Under the pieces are notes generated by a model. It saw nothing but the letters and a program-made list of their open reading frames with translations. It ran no database searches and was not told the origin of the DNA. This document shows, piece after piece, positions 1-9,791 of a stretch of 53,640 bases of DNA; the stretch's first letter is position 1, and each line of letters begins with the position of its first letter. Source of the DNA: an uncultured archaeon (GTDB lineage: Archaea > Aenigmatarchaeota > Aenigmatarchaeia > QMZP01). Made by a program: the position numbers and the translations under genes. The stretch is taken from NCBI GenBank assembly GCA_964484305.1, contig CAZAEI010000005.1, positions 1-53,640 of the forward strand, read 5' to 3'.

Positions 1-1
1 A

Positions 2-346
2 TTCTGGTTTATTTTCACAAAGAAACATTCCTGTGAATGGGGATGTAGAAAATTCATTTGCTATTACAGGAGAGCCTGCTATCATATTACCATTTATCCC
101 ATTTAGCCCAGAACCAGCAAGCAAATCTATGTAAATCACATTTTTAAAAAATTTTTGCGTCTTCTGAGAGAAAGCTATCTTTGAAAAAAGTTCAACATAT
201 AAGAGAAGGGTTATTAATTTCAGAGCAGACCATGGTCCTGTTGGATAAAAAACATCAGGTTCTATTTTACTTATTGTGGATGTTTTTTGTATTAACGCAA
301 CAAGGTGTTTTTCCAACCAGTCCCAATTTGTGCCATATGCCTTCAT
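2..346 (-). CDS. Three-Cys-motif partner protein TcmP-like (Rossmann methyltransferase-like); 3' end runs off the window
   Basis: Not in the ORF track; translated by hand from ATG at 346: MKAYGTNWDWLEKH...GPWSALKLITLLLYVELFSKI...VIYIDLLAGSGLN...IAGSPVIA. The W-x2-KL-x5-Y, YIDLxAGxG and GSP motifs match TcmP. AT-rich. Confidence 0.7.
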   Translation of the reverse strand, partial: MKAYGTNWDWLEKHLVALIQKTSTISKIEPDVFYPTGPWSALKLITLLLYVELFSKIAFSQKTQKFFKNVIYIDLLAGSGLNGINGNMIAGSPVIANEFSTSPFTGMFLCENKPE

Positions 347-354
347 AAAACCAC

Positions 355-1344
355 TTAATTTATACAGTTACACTTTATCTCCCTGTAGTCCATGCCGAGG
401 CTGTCCCACATCTCGGTGGTCTCCTTGCACATGGCCACGCGCCTGAAGCCGTGGCTGTCCTTGAGGTGGTTGATTGTGGTTGAGTACATCTCATGGCGGG
501 TCTGGAAGTCTATCTTTCTGCCCCAGTTTGAGCGTTCTGATAGGTAGGGGACCCAGCTCCTGTCTGTTGCGTTGTTTATGGTGCTCTGGAGGCCGCGCAG
601 GGAGCCTATAGTTATTCTTTCCGGGGTCAGGTTGGAAAATATCTTGTCTATCAGGTTGTTGTAGTGTTCCTTCCAGTTTTCCACAGGGACCATGGGGTCT
701 ATCCTGAGGCGCACCTTGTATCCCACTTCGCTTAGTTTCCTCGCGGCCTTTATCCTAAGCCTGGTGCTTGGGGCCCTGTGTTCCCACCTGTCGGATACGT
801 GCTCTGCATTGAGCGTAAAGCTGACTATGGGACAGTAGTTTGACGGGATTTTAAGAAGGTTTTTTATATTGACGGTTTTTGTTAGGAACAAGACTTTGTG
901 TTTTTTCTGCGATTCGAATAGGGATATTATGAATTCTGAGAATGGGCTGCCGTTGTTTTCATCCATGAGGGAGTCTGCAAGCTCTCCTGTGTTGAGGACC
1001 TCCCTTTGGTAACCGTTTGACACGGTTTCATCAAAGAAACTCATGACGTGGCTTCTGATTTTATCCCTATCCTTGAGCCTGGGATGTGCTTTTGTCGGAA
1101 GGAACCTGAATGTTCCCTTCAAGTAGCACCACGCACAGTCAAAGGGGCACCCATTGGCCCATTTTAATTCGAGGAAATGGGGACACACAACATCCGTTGA
1201 TTTTTGTGGTGGAGGGGTTCTATCGAACCGTGTTATTATTGAACCGTCACCTACTGTTTTCACCAGTTTTTGGTGTCTGTGGGGATTTTTAAGTAACTGG
1301 TAGTTATGGTATCTGACTGCTACCTTTTTGAAGGCAGGCTCCAT
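355..1344 (-). CDS. Radical SAM protein, spore photoproduct lyase (SplB)-like family
   Basis: CxxxCxxC motif (GCPFDCAWCYL), TGELADSL, LFLTK, SFTLN, RLRIDPMVP, ERITIGSLR. Start placed at the second Met (1344); the track start is 1389. Confidence 0.75.
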   Translation of the reverse strand: MEPAFKKVAVRYHNYQLLKNPHRHQKLVKTVGDGSIITRFDRTPPPQKSTDVVCPHFLELKWANGCPFDCAWCYLKGTFRFLPTKAHPRLKDRDKIRSHVMSFFDETVSNGYQREVLNTGELADSLMDENNGSPFSEFIISLFESQKKHKVLFLTKTVNIKNLLKIPSNYCPIVSFTLNAEHVSDRWEHRAPSTRLRIKAARKLSEVGYKVRLRIDPMVPVENWKEHYNNLIDKIFSNLTPERITIGSLRGLQSTINNATDRSWVPYLSERSNWGRKIDFQTRHEMYSTTINHLKDSHGFRRVAMCKETTEMWDSLGMDYREIKCNCIN

Positions 1345-1418
1345 AATAAACCCTTGCCGTGGGGGTATAAAAGCCTGAGCATAGGACATTTCCGTTTTCC
1401 GTTAGGATTTCTGACCTC

Positions 1419-2540
1419 TCACCAGTCACTGAAGTGCAGTTCATGCCTGCCCTTCCTCTTTCTTACTATCCCCTCAAGGATGCCACGGAAGTAGGAAGTG
1501 GTCATTGTTGGGAAGTAGAGGAGCATGAACCTGAGTGTCCTTAAGGGGAGGAAGCCACCCCCACCCGTGCGGAATAATATCAGGGAGTGGAGGTACATGG
1601 CCACGAACACGGATACGAGCTCGATTATTATGGGTGCCGCCAGTGAGGGAAAAAGAAGTGGTGAGAGGATGAGTAAGATGGAGAGGAGACCTGTGGCTAT
1701 GCCCAGGGCGAAGTAGGGATAGAAGAAGCTTATGAACTGGGGGGAGCCCAGATAGAACCTCCAGTGCCCCCGGAAGGCAAGGTAAGCGCCCTCGCCCCAT
1801 CTCCTCTTCTGACGCCTGAGCTCATGTGTGGTTCCCGGCTCACGGGTGTGCGTGACCGCAAGGGGCTCCCACACTATCCTGTGGCCCTGACTGGCCAGGG
1901 TTGCGGAGAGGTGGTTGTCCTCCATCAGGGTTTCCGGCCAGGGGTGCCTCTCCAGAATGTCCCTCCTTATAAGGACGCTGCAGCCCCTGAACCCCACCAT
2001 GCCCCCAAAGAACATGTGGATGCGCAGGAGGGCAAAGGTGAACAGGTTCTCCAGGGCAGCCAGCCTGGACACAGGGCTGCTGTTCTTCAGGAGGTACCTG
2101 GGCATGACCGCGGCCACCTCCCTTCTGGAGAACCATGGAACCATCCTCTTCAGGCAGTCCCTGGATGCCGTGGTGTCAGAGTCCAGGAAGAAGAGGAGCT
2201 CACCCCTGGATGCCCCTACTGCCCTGTTCAGGGAGGCCGGCTTGCCCGTCCTCTCAGGGTTCTGGATGACCCTAGCACCGTAGCTCCTCGCTATTGCAGG
2301 CGTGCTGTCCCTGGAGTCGTTTACCACTATCATCTCCTTTCTTGGGTAATCAAGGGCCCTTGCTGATTTGAGGGTCCCCCCTATTGTCTTCTGGGAGTTG
2401 TAGGCCGGGATTATTACCGATACGAGGGGCTGCCTGGATGGGGGGAGGGCATCCCTCTCCCTGTCGAGCCTTGACATGCCGGCCCTGCCGAGAATGAGAT
2501 AGGCTGATGTCAGGGCCGCGACAGCTGTTAGCATAAGCAT
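1419..2540 (-). CDS. Glycosyltransferase family 2, membrane-bound
   Basis: VSVIIPAYN, VVND, GKPASLN, FLDSD (DxD), EDNHL, QKRRW (QxxRW); C-terminal TM helices. Confidence 0.9.
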   Translation of the reverse strand: MLMLTAVAALTSAYLILGRAGMSRLDRERDALPPSRQPLVSVIIPAYNSQKTIGGTLKSARALDYPRKEMIVVNDSRDSTPAIARSYGARVIQNPERTGKPASLNRAVGASRGELLFFLDSDTTASRDCLKRMVPWFSRREVAAVMPRYLLKNSSPVSRLAALENLFTFALLRIHMFFGGMVGFRGCSVLIRRDILERHPWPETLMEDNHLSATLASQGHRIVWEPLAVTHTREPGTTHELRRQKRRWGEGAYLAFRGHWRFYLGSPQFISFFYPYFALGIATGLLSILLILSPLLFPSLAAPIIIELVSVFVAMYLHSLILFRTGGGGFLPLRTLRFMLLYFPTMTTSYFRGILEGIVRKRKGRHELHFSDW

Positions 2541-2561
2541 AATCTATATTGCGGCGGGGTG

Positions 2562-3227
2562 TTAAAAATAGGTTCTTATCTTCATGAGGCCGCGCTTTAT
2601 GCGGGGCTTCACTGCCTGGCTGCTGGTGAAGAGCTCTGCCCTTCCGGAGCCTATGGCATCGAGTATGGCCCGGGTCTCCCTGGGGGCACTGACAAGCATG
2701 TAGACCCCTCCCATCTCCTCGGGGAAGTGGCTGTCGCTTCCGACCACTCCCGGAAGGCCATGTTCCCTGGCAAAGGAGAGGGCCCTTTCATTGAACCTCC
2801 TGAAGATTGTTCTTGCATTGAAGACCTCGATTGCGTCTATGTGCTTGAGGCAGGGTGTGATAGCGTTGCCCAGCCCCTTCCTCATAAGGTCAAAGGGGTG
2901 CGGGGTTATGACAAAGCCGCCTGCCTGCCTGGCCTGCCTGGCTGTTTCAGGGGCAGGCCTGCCGCTGGCCAGGGTCTTCCTCAGGCCCAGGGCTATCAGC
3001 TCGCCCTCAGAGGTGAGGATCTCCTGGCCCGGGATTACAAGGAGCCCGGTTCCCCCCGCGAGCCGCTCAGCCTCAAGGGAGCCCGAGACTGTTCCGTGAT
3101 CGGTCACTGCTATGGCATCAAAACCAAGCTCCAGTGCCCGGTTGACCATGCTTTCAGGGCTGGCCCTGCTGTCCCTGGAGTGGTTCGTGTGGATGTGGAG
3201 GTCCACCTTGAGTGGTTTTGGGGTCAT
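2562..3227 (-). CDS. PHP-domain metal-dependent phosphoesterase
   Basis: DLHIHTNHS, IAVTDH, GQEI, PHPF, GSDSH motifs. Confidence 0.9.
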   Translation of the reverse strand: MTPKPLKVDLHIHTNHSRDSRASPESMVNRALELGFDAIAVTDHGTVSGSLEAERLAGGTGLLVIPGQEILTSEGELIALGLRKTLASGRPAPETARQARQAGGFVITPHPFDLMRKGLGNAITPCLKHIDAIEVFNARTIFRRFNERALSFAREHGLPGVVGSDSHFPEEMGGVYMLVSAPRETRAILDAIGSGRAELFTSSQAVKPRIKRGLMKIRTYF

Positions 3228-3299
3228 GCCAATCACACTGGAGATATTTTGATAAAAACAATATAAAAACAGGATACATTCTCAACATAGGGTGATTCA

Positions 3300-4105
3300 C
3301 TGAAGGATTCCGGCCTTTCAGGGCTGATGTCGCTGTGCCAGGGGGCATGGTAGACCAAGGTCCTGTCTGTAGCCATTGAGACAGAGCTATTCACCAGGAT
3401 TTCCAGGGGAGCCAACACCGTGGACAAGCTATCCCAGGAGTCCGGGATGGATGTAAGGATACTCAAGATGCTGACAAATGCGTGCAGGGCCCTGGGCCTT
3501 CTTAACGGTGAGGGTGAGACCCTGAAGAACTCCCCAGGGGCCGATGTGTTTCTGGTCAAGGAAGGGGAGTCCTATATAGGAGATTTCATAACCCCGATTG
3601 GCGGGGAGTATTATGATGTTTGGAGGGGCCTTAAGGAGGTCGTTGTAACAGGGAAGCCTGTCAGGGATGACAGGATGGTCCGGCTGAGCAAGCCGGGATA
3701 CGCCGAGGCCTATGTAAGAGCCATGCAGGGCATATCCCAAGGGGCGGCCGCAGGGCTTGCCAGGGCCATGGATATCTCGGGGCAGAAGAGCCTGCTCGAG
3801 GTCGGGGGTGGTTCCGGGACATACTCCATAGCACTCGCCAAGAAGAACCCGGGCCTCAGAGGGTGTATGAGGCCCTTCCCAGGGGAGGGGCTGTTGTTGT
3901 GAACGAGTTCCTCTTGGAAGGTGGTGGAGCAAGCCCTGTGTTTTCGAGCCTGTTTGCCCTGAATGCATTCATGTTCTCAGATGGGGGCTCCCTCCACACC
4001 AGGGATGAGATATCAGATTGGCTCACGGATGTGGGGTTTGAGGGCGTTAAAGCTATAAAAACATCTGACTTCATAATCAGTTTAGCCGCAAAGAGGGTGG
4101 GATAG
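3300..4105 (+). pseudogene. Degraded SAM-dependent O-methyltransferase (dimerisation domain plus methyltransferase domain)
   Basis: GGTGA RBS at 3291 is followed by CTG rather than ATG. In-frame TAG at 3351-3353 within GAW*TKVLSVAIETELFT; LLEVGGGSG motif I. A deletion/frameshift near 3862-3868 jumps from PGLRG to VYEALPRGG in another frame. Confidence 0.8.
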
Positions 4106-5646
4106 TGAAATCCGAGAAAATCCTTGATATAGCCAAGAGAAGGGGCTTCTTCTGGCAGAACTCCCTGGTCCACGGCCCGATTGCCGGGTTCTATGATTAC
4201 GCACACCTGGGAGCGGCCCTCAAGAGGAAATGGGAGAATGAGTGGAGGGGCTTCTTTCTGGGGCTGGATGACAACTTCCATGAGATACAGGCCTGCCAGA
4301 TAATGCCCGAGGGGGTATTCAAGGCATCAGGCCACCTGGAATCCTTCATAGACCCTGTGGTGAAGTGCAAGAAGTGCGGGAATGTCGAGCGTGCTGACCA
4401 CGTTCTTTCAGATGAGGTAGTGGGGGATTTTGAGGGGGTCTCGCTTGAGAGGATGGGTGAGCTCATAAGGAAGCACGGGCTCCGCTGCAAGAAATGCGGG
4501 GGTGAGTTTGCAGAAGTCGGTGTGCTCAACATGATGTTTCCCTTGGAGATAGGGACGGGTAAGACAAAGGGGACGGGCTACCTCTCACCAGAGACCGCCC
4601 AGGGGGCGTATGTCAATTTCAAGCTTGAGTTCGAGTCCCTGAGGAGGCGGCTTCCCCTGGGGCTAGCCATAGTAGGGAAGGCGTTCAGGAACGAGATTTC
4701 CCCGAGGAATGCCCTGATAAGGATGAGGGAGTTCACCCAGGCCGAACTCCAGATATTCTTTGACCCCGGCACGATTAAGGAGCATCCCAGGTTCGGGGAG
4801 GTCGCGGGCTACAAGCTCAGGGTGTTCCCTGTCAGGAACAGGAAGTCGGGGAGGATAGATGAGATTAAGTGCAGCGAGGCTGTGACCAAGCTGAGGCTTC
4901 CCAGATTCTGTGTGTATCACATGGCCAGGGTTCAGCAGTTCTATCTCGACCACATGAAGCTGCCCAGGGAGAGGTTCAGGCTGAAGCAGCTGACGAATGA
5001 TGAGAAGGCCTTTTACAACAAGTACCACTGGGATGTCGAGCTCGACCTGGAGAGCCTGGGTGGTTTTCGGGAGATGGCCGGTGTGCATTTTCGCACAGAC
5101 CACGACCTGAAGGGCCACCAGAGGGTTTCGGGTGAGAGCATGGAGGTGAACATGAACGGAAAGAGCTTCATTCCCAATGTCCTGGAGCTCAGTTTTGGCG
5201 TGGACAGGAACATCTATGCCCTGTTCGAGCTCGCCTTATCTGAGGAGAAGGACAGGACTGTCATGAGATTCCCCAGGAGGGTCTCCCCCTTCGACGCCGG
5301 GATATTCCCCCTCGTGAACAAGGACGGCCTCCAGGAAAAGACCAGGGGGATCCATGCCATGCTCAAGAAGGCCGGGTTCAGTGTGTTCTATGACGAGAGC
5401 GGCAGCATCGGCAGGAGGTATAGACGGGTCGATGAGGTTGGTATAGCAGCGTCCTTTACAGTCGACCATCAGACACTTGAGGATGACACAGTCACCCTGA
5501 GGGACCGGGATACCATGAAGCAGATAAGGGTAAAGATAGGGGAGTTGCCCGGGGTCCTGGGGGAGTTCCTTGCCGGGAAGGCCCTTGAAAGGCTCGGTGT
5601 TATCATAAACCATAGTAAACAAAATCAAGTGCCCCATCATAAATGA
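4105..5646 (+). CDS. glyS: Glycyl-tRNA synthetase (archaeal/eukaryotic alpha2 type)
   Basis: YLSPETAQGAYVNF (motif LRPETAQG), GKAFRNEISPRN, RMREFTQAELQIF, ELSFGVDR, and a C-terminal anticodon-binding domain (GSIGRRYRRVDEVG). GTG start. Confidence 0.95.
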   Translation: MKSEKILDIAKRRGFFWQNSLVHGPIAGFYDYAHLGAALKRKWENEWRGFFLGLDDNFHEIQACQIMPEGVFKASGHLESFIDPVVKCKKCGNVERADHVLSDEVVGDFEGVSLERMGELIRKHGLRCKKCGGEFAEVGVLNMMFPLEIGTGKTKGTGYLSPETAQGAYVNFKLEFESLRRRLPLGLAIVGKAFRNEISPRNALIRMREFTQAELQIFFDPGTIKEHPRFGEVAGYKLRVFPVRNRKSGRIDEIKCSEAVTKLRLPRFCVYHMARVQQFYLDHMKLPRERFRLKQLTNDEKAFYNKYHWDVELDLESLGGFREMAGVHFRTDHDLKGHQRVSGESMEVNMNGKSFIPNVLELSFGVDRNIYALFELALSEEKDRTVMRFPRRVSPFDAGIFPLVNKDGLQEKTRGIHAMLKKAGFSVFYDESGSIGRRYRRVDEVGIAASFTVDHQTLEDDTVTLRDRDTMKQIRVKIGELPGVLGEFLAGKALERLGVIINHSKQNQVPHHK

Positions 5647-5973
5647 TGGAGTATGCATATGAGCATGCATCGATTATCTGTGTGGGGTACATCTTGCAAC
5701 CCCCACCCTGAAAGGTGGATATAAGGGATTGCAATAAATAATCTCTGCTTGGATTTGATTTGCTGGTTGTGCTCTCAACGATTATAGTAAAGGGCATAAC
5801 AAATTAGAAATTGTCCTTTGCTAGTTGTATCGGAATTGATTCCAAAAAGTCTTGCATGCCAATGCGAGAGATATGCATGCACTCTCGTGCTGATGCACAA
5901 GATTTTGTCCGATACTATAATAGTCAGGTTTATTGTTTGGAGCACTATAGTTCTGCCGGGGGGGGCCGAAGGG

Positions 5974-8673
5974 TTATATGTCCGGCCTGAAGAGCCTGTC
6001 CCTGAGCCATATTATGGCCAGGATCGTGCTCGAGACCGCGAGTATCTCCAGCCATTCCACAAGGCCCAGGGCCATTGTGGTGAATATGGGCTGGAGTACA
6101 GGGGTGTAGACAACCAGGAGCTGGAGCAGTATGGAGACTACCATGGCCAGGAGCAGCTTCCTGTTTGAGAAGACCCCTATCCTGTACTTGAGCCTCACGG
6201 ACTGGACCCTGACCATCTCGAAGACGACCAGGGATGTGAAGGCCATGGTCACTGCCTTGGTGGCACCCCCCGGGAGGTTCAGCCAGAACAGGAAGAGCGT
6301 TCCCATGCAGATTATCACACCTACGAGCCAGATGTCAGTGAGCATGCCCCTGGAGAGTATCCTCTCCTTGGGGCTCCTCGGCGGCCGCTCCATGATGTTG
6401 GGGGCAGGCGGGTCAACGCCCAGGGCCAGGGCAGGGAGGCCGTCTGTCAGGAGGTTTATCCAGAGGAGCTGAATGGCAGTGACGGGGATGAGGACAGCCC
6501 CGGTGGCCGGGTCGGTGAAGCCTATTAGTATGGCCAGGAAGACAACAAGGACCTCACCCACGTTGCTTGAGAGCAGGTACTGTATGAACTTCTTGATATT
6601 GTCATAGATGGCACGGCCTCCCTTGACGGCTGTTACGATGTTTGAGAAGTTGTCATCCCTCAGGACCATGTCCGAGGCCTCCCTGGCAACGTCCGTTCCC
6701 TTGATGCCCATGGCTATCCCTATGTCAGCCTTCTTCAGGGCAGGGGCGTCATTGACCCCGTCACCTGTCATGGCTATTATGTGGCCCTTACCCTTCAGGG
6801 CTTCCACTATACGGACCTTGTGTTCCGGGTTTACCCTGGCATAGACCGAGACGTCCCTGGCTATGGAGGCCAGCTTATCTTCAGAGAGGTTGTCGAGCTC
6901 CTCACCTGTAAGGGCCATTACATTGCCATGGTTGAGGTTCAGCTGCCTTGCTATTGCGACAGCCGTATTCCGGTGGTCTCCTGTTATCATAACCACCTTA
7001 ATGCCTGCCCTGCTGCAGAGCTCTATGTCCTCCCTGACACCATCCCTGGGAGGGTCTATCATACCCACAAGGCCCAGAAGGGTCAGGCCTGACTCTGCCT
7101 GCCTCTGGCTGGCCGTGTCCCTCAGCGGCCTTGTGGCCACTGCCAGGACCCGGAGCGCCTTGCTCGTCATCTCAAGGTTGGCGTCGAGGATGACCTTCCT
7201 GTCCCTCTGGGTGAGCCTTACCCTCTGACCATTCCTGAGCATATGCGTGGAAAGGGAGAGTATGGTCTCAGGCGCGCCCTTGGCGTGAAGAAACGACCTG
7301 TCTGCCCTGCAGATGACGCTCATCCGCTTTCTTTCAGAGGAGAACGGAAATTCCCTTATTCGCTTGTGCCTGGAGAGCCCTTCCGGGGCAATGCCTGCCT
7401 TGGCTGCGGCAACGATAAGGGAGCCCTCGGTGGGGTCGCCGATTATTGACCACAACCCCTTATCCTTCACGAGCCTGGCGTTGTTGCACAGGGCGCCTGA
7501 GCGGAGGATGGCCTTCAGGGTGGTGTCTGTAGAGGGGTGAACAGGCCTTCCCCTGAAGAGGAATTCCCCGGTTGGGGAATATCCCTCCCCTGTTATCTCA
7601 ATTGTCTTGCCGCTGTGCCATATCTGGGTTATTGTCATCTCGTTCTTGGTGAGGGTTCCTGTCTTGTCAGCACAGATTGCCGTGGTCGAGCCAAGGGCCT
7701 CCACTGCGGGGAGCTTCCTTATCAGGACGTTGTGCTTGGAGAGCCGTTGCAGGCCAAGGGCCAGGGTTATGGTGACCACAATAGGGAGGCCCTCGGGTAT
7801 GGCAGCCACTGCCAGGGCTATGCCTATTATCACCATGGATATCAGGAGATCCTGGGTTATGGGAAGCCCTGCCAGGGGTCCTGACCTGAGGATTCCCAGG
7901 AGGACTACTGCGGCGCATATGGCCAGGATGAGGGTGCCCAGCCTCCTTCCAAAGGAGTCCAGTTTCTTCTGGAGCGGGGTGAGCTCCTCCCCGGCCTCCT
8001 GAACAACATTTGCTATCATTCCCATCTGGGTTGACATGCCTGTCTCAGTGACCACCCCCCGTGCACGGCCGTAGGTGACGCTTGTCCCGGCCCAGGCCAT
8101 GTTGCTTATGTCGGCCAGGGAATCCTTACTGACCGGTTTGGTGATTTTATTGACAGGGGTAGACTCCCCTGTAAGCGCGGCCTCATCCAGCTTGAGGTTG
8201 ACCACCTCGAGGAGGCGCATGTCAGCAGGGACCCTGGTGCCCTGCTCCAATATAACAATGTCCCCCGGGACCAGGAGCCTGCTGGGAATCCTGGCCTCCC
8301 GGCCGTCCCTGAGGACAACTGCCTCGTGGGCTGCCATGCACTTGAGTGCTGCCATGGTCTTTTCAGCCCGGTATTCCTGGATGAAGCCGAATATCGCATT
8401 GAGAATTACTATTATTATGATGCCCAGGGCATCTGTGAAATAACCAATAAGGGCCGAGAATATGGTGGCGGCTATCAGTATTGCGATGAGGAAGCTCTTG
8501 AACTGGTTGAGAAATATGGAGACCGGCCCGGGCCCCTTCTCCTCCCTCAGCTCGTTGAGGCCGTATCTCTTTAGGCGGGAGGCTGCCTCAGTAGAAGAGA
8601 GCCCTCCCTCAGGGGTCTTCAGGTCACCCAGAACCTGGGCTGTGGTCTTCTTGTGCCAGCCAGGAAGAGTCAT
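5974..8673 (-). CDS. P-type cation-transporting ATPase (type IIA, Ca2+-ATPase-like)
   Basis: TGES, IPEGL, DKTGTLT, KGAPE, DPPR, MITGD, TGDGVNDAPAL, and LWINLLTDGLPALAL (two-site Ca-type M6). Confidence 0.95.
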   Translation of the reverse strand: MTLPGWHKKTTAQVLGDLKTPEGGLSSTEAASRLKRYGLNELREEKGPGPVSIFLNQFKSFLIAILIAATIFSALIGYFTDALGIIIIVILNAIFGFIQEYRAEKTMAALKCMAAHEAVVLRDGREARIPSRLLVPGDIVILEQGTRVPADMRLLEVVNLKLDEAALTGESTPVNKITKPVSKDSLADISNMAWAGTSVTYGRARGVVTETGMSTQMGMIANVVQEAGEELTPLQKKLDSFGRRLGTLILAICAAVVLLGILRSGPLAGLPITQDLLISMVIIGIALAVAAIPEGLPIVVTITLALGLQRLSKHNVLIRKLPAVEALGSTTAICADKTGTLTKNEMTITQIWHSGKTIEITGEGYSPTGEFLFRGRPVHPSTDTTLKAILRSGALCNNARLVKDKGLWSIIGDPTEGSLIVAAAKAGIAPEGLSRHKRIREFPFSSERKRMSVICRADRSFLHAKGAPETILSLSTHMLRNGQRVRLTQRDRKVILDANLEMTSKALRVLAVATRPLRDTASQRQAESGLTLLGLVGMIDPPRDGVREDIELCSRAGIKVVMITGDHRNTAVAIARQLNLNHGNVMALTGEELDNLSEDKLASIARDVSVYARVNPEHKVRIVEALKGKGHIIAMTGDGVNDAPALKKADIGIAMGIKGTDVAREASDMVLRDDNFSNIVTAVKGGRAIYDNIKKFIQYLLSSNVGEVLVVFLAILIGFTDPATGAVLIPVTAIQLLWINLLTDGLPALALGVDPPAPNIMERPPRSPKERILSRGMLTDIWLVGVIICMGTLFLFWLNLPGGATKAVTMAFTSLVVFEMVRVQSVRLKYRIGVFSNRKLLLAMVVSILLQLLVVYTPVLQPIFTTMALGLVEWLEILAVSSTILAIIWLRDRLFRPDI

Positions 8674-8709
8674 ATCTTTAGTATTGTCTGACCTGGCTTA
8701 ATAGTTTCC

Positions 8710-9252
8710 TCAGTAGGGCATCTGGAATCCCTGGGGGCCGCCGTATTCCGCCATGAAGGGCACGAGGAAGCTCAGGGCCATGAGCGCCAGTACAGCCAGT
8801 ATTATCATCGGCACTATGAAGGCTATCAGTATGGAGAGCGCTGCCCTGTCCCCTGGCATGCCGTGCAGCTTCTGGAGGCCTGTCCAGTCCAGGTAGAGGG
8901 ACCAGAGCCAGAAGAGTATGCCTATATAGGGTATCCATCCCAGCAGATAGCTGGGAGTGCCCCCATAGAAGACTGTCTTGAGGGTCTGGTGTAGCCCCTT
9001 CTTGGCCCCAAACACATAGGCCCACAGGTGCAGCCAGAGGCCGGCTATCACAGCTCCTACTATCCCGAATATGTAGATTGTTATAAAGGTCAGGGGATTG
9101 AGGGATATTATAGCAGATAGCACCGAAACGATAAGGAAGAGGATGGCCATGTACTTGAAGGCCTCAATAACATCGGTTCCCTTCTCCTTATCATACGCCT
9201 TGGCGGGTTGCTGCAGAAATCCCATTGCCTTTTGGAATATGTCGTTTAACAT
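8710..9252 (-). CDS. Yip1-family membrane protein
   Basis: Five hydrophobic segments; N-terminal LQQPAKAY, YGGTPSYLLGWIP and GLQKLHG pattern typical of Yip1. Confidence 0.7.
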   Translation of the reverse strand: MLNDIFQKAMGFLQQPAKAYDKEKGTDVIEAFKYMAILFLIVSVLSAIISLNPLTFITIYIFGIVGAVIAGLWLHLWAYVFGAKKGLHQTLKTVFYGGTPSYLLGWIPYIGILFWLWSLYLDWTGLQKLHGMPGDRAALSILIAFIVPMIILAVLALMALSFLVPFMAEYGGPQGFQMPY

Positions 9253-9316
9253 TGGTTATTCTATGTTTCTGGTATTTAAATCATCCACCCGTATGGCCGC
9301 TGGTTGGTGATAGAAG

Positions 9317-9646
9317 CTACCGGCCTTCCTCTTTCAGGCCCATTATGGCCTCTGCTATTCCACCAAACCGCTGGAGCGCTCTGCGGGCATCCTCCTGGGA
9401 GACCCCGGCCTTATCAGCTACCATCTCCACGTCATCGTCAGAGAACCCGGATTTTTCCCGCTCCTCCACATCCCCGGATATCTGGAAGGTCTCCTGGCCC
9501 ATCATGTTAACCTTGGCCACAGAGGGGTTGTGTATGACTATCTCCCCTTCAGGGGTCTTTATTATAACCTCTTCTGCGTCTATCTGGGCGCTCTGGATGC
9601 CCATCTTCCTGGCCATCTTCTCGAGCTGGCGGGGGTTTATCTTCAT
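9317..9646 (-). CDS. nac: Nascent polypeptide-associated complex protein (aeNAC)
   Basis: INPRQLEKMARKMGI, AEEVII, MGQETFQISG NAC domain plus a UBA-like tail (DDVEMV...AIMGL). GGTGA RBS precedes ATG at 9646. Confidence 0.92.
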   Translation of the reverse strand: MKINPRQLEKMARKMGIQSAQIDAEEVIIKTPEGEIVIHNPSVAKVNMMGQETFQISGDVEEREKSGFSDDDVEMVADKAGVSQEDARRALQRFGGIAEAIMGLKEEGR

Positions 9647-9712
9647 GAAACTCACCTTTATTTGGTTGGTGTTGGTTTATTTAAATGATATTGTCCTCGA
9701 AGCCCTGAATAC

Positions 9713-9727
9713 ATAACAGTGTTATAT
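9713..9727. promoter_or_regulatory. Palindromic operator-like motif, copy 1 (ATAAC-AGT-GTTATAT)
   Basis: Lies in the nac / HTH divergent intergenic region. The same motif recurs at 11398 and 18007. Confidence 0.55.
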
Positions 9728-9791
9728 CCGTTTGTTTTTCAGGCGGCCACATAAAAGAAGGTTTTAAATACACATATCATAATTATCGAAC

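Noticed and set aside
3351-3353. In-frame TAG as possible pyrrolysine or recoded stop
   Set aside because: The same gene has a lost start and a frameshifting deletion. TAG serves as an ordinary stop elsewhere in the window (e.g. nnrD), so decay is the simpler explanation.
3855-3875. Methyltransferase frameshift as a second BHB intron
   Set aside because: Sequence is missing rather than inserted, and no bulge-helix-bulge fold was found.
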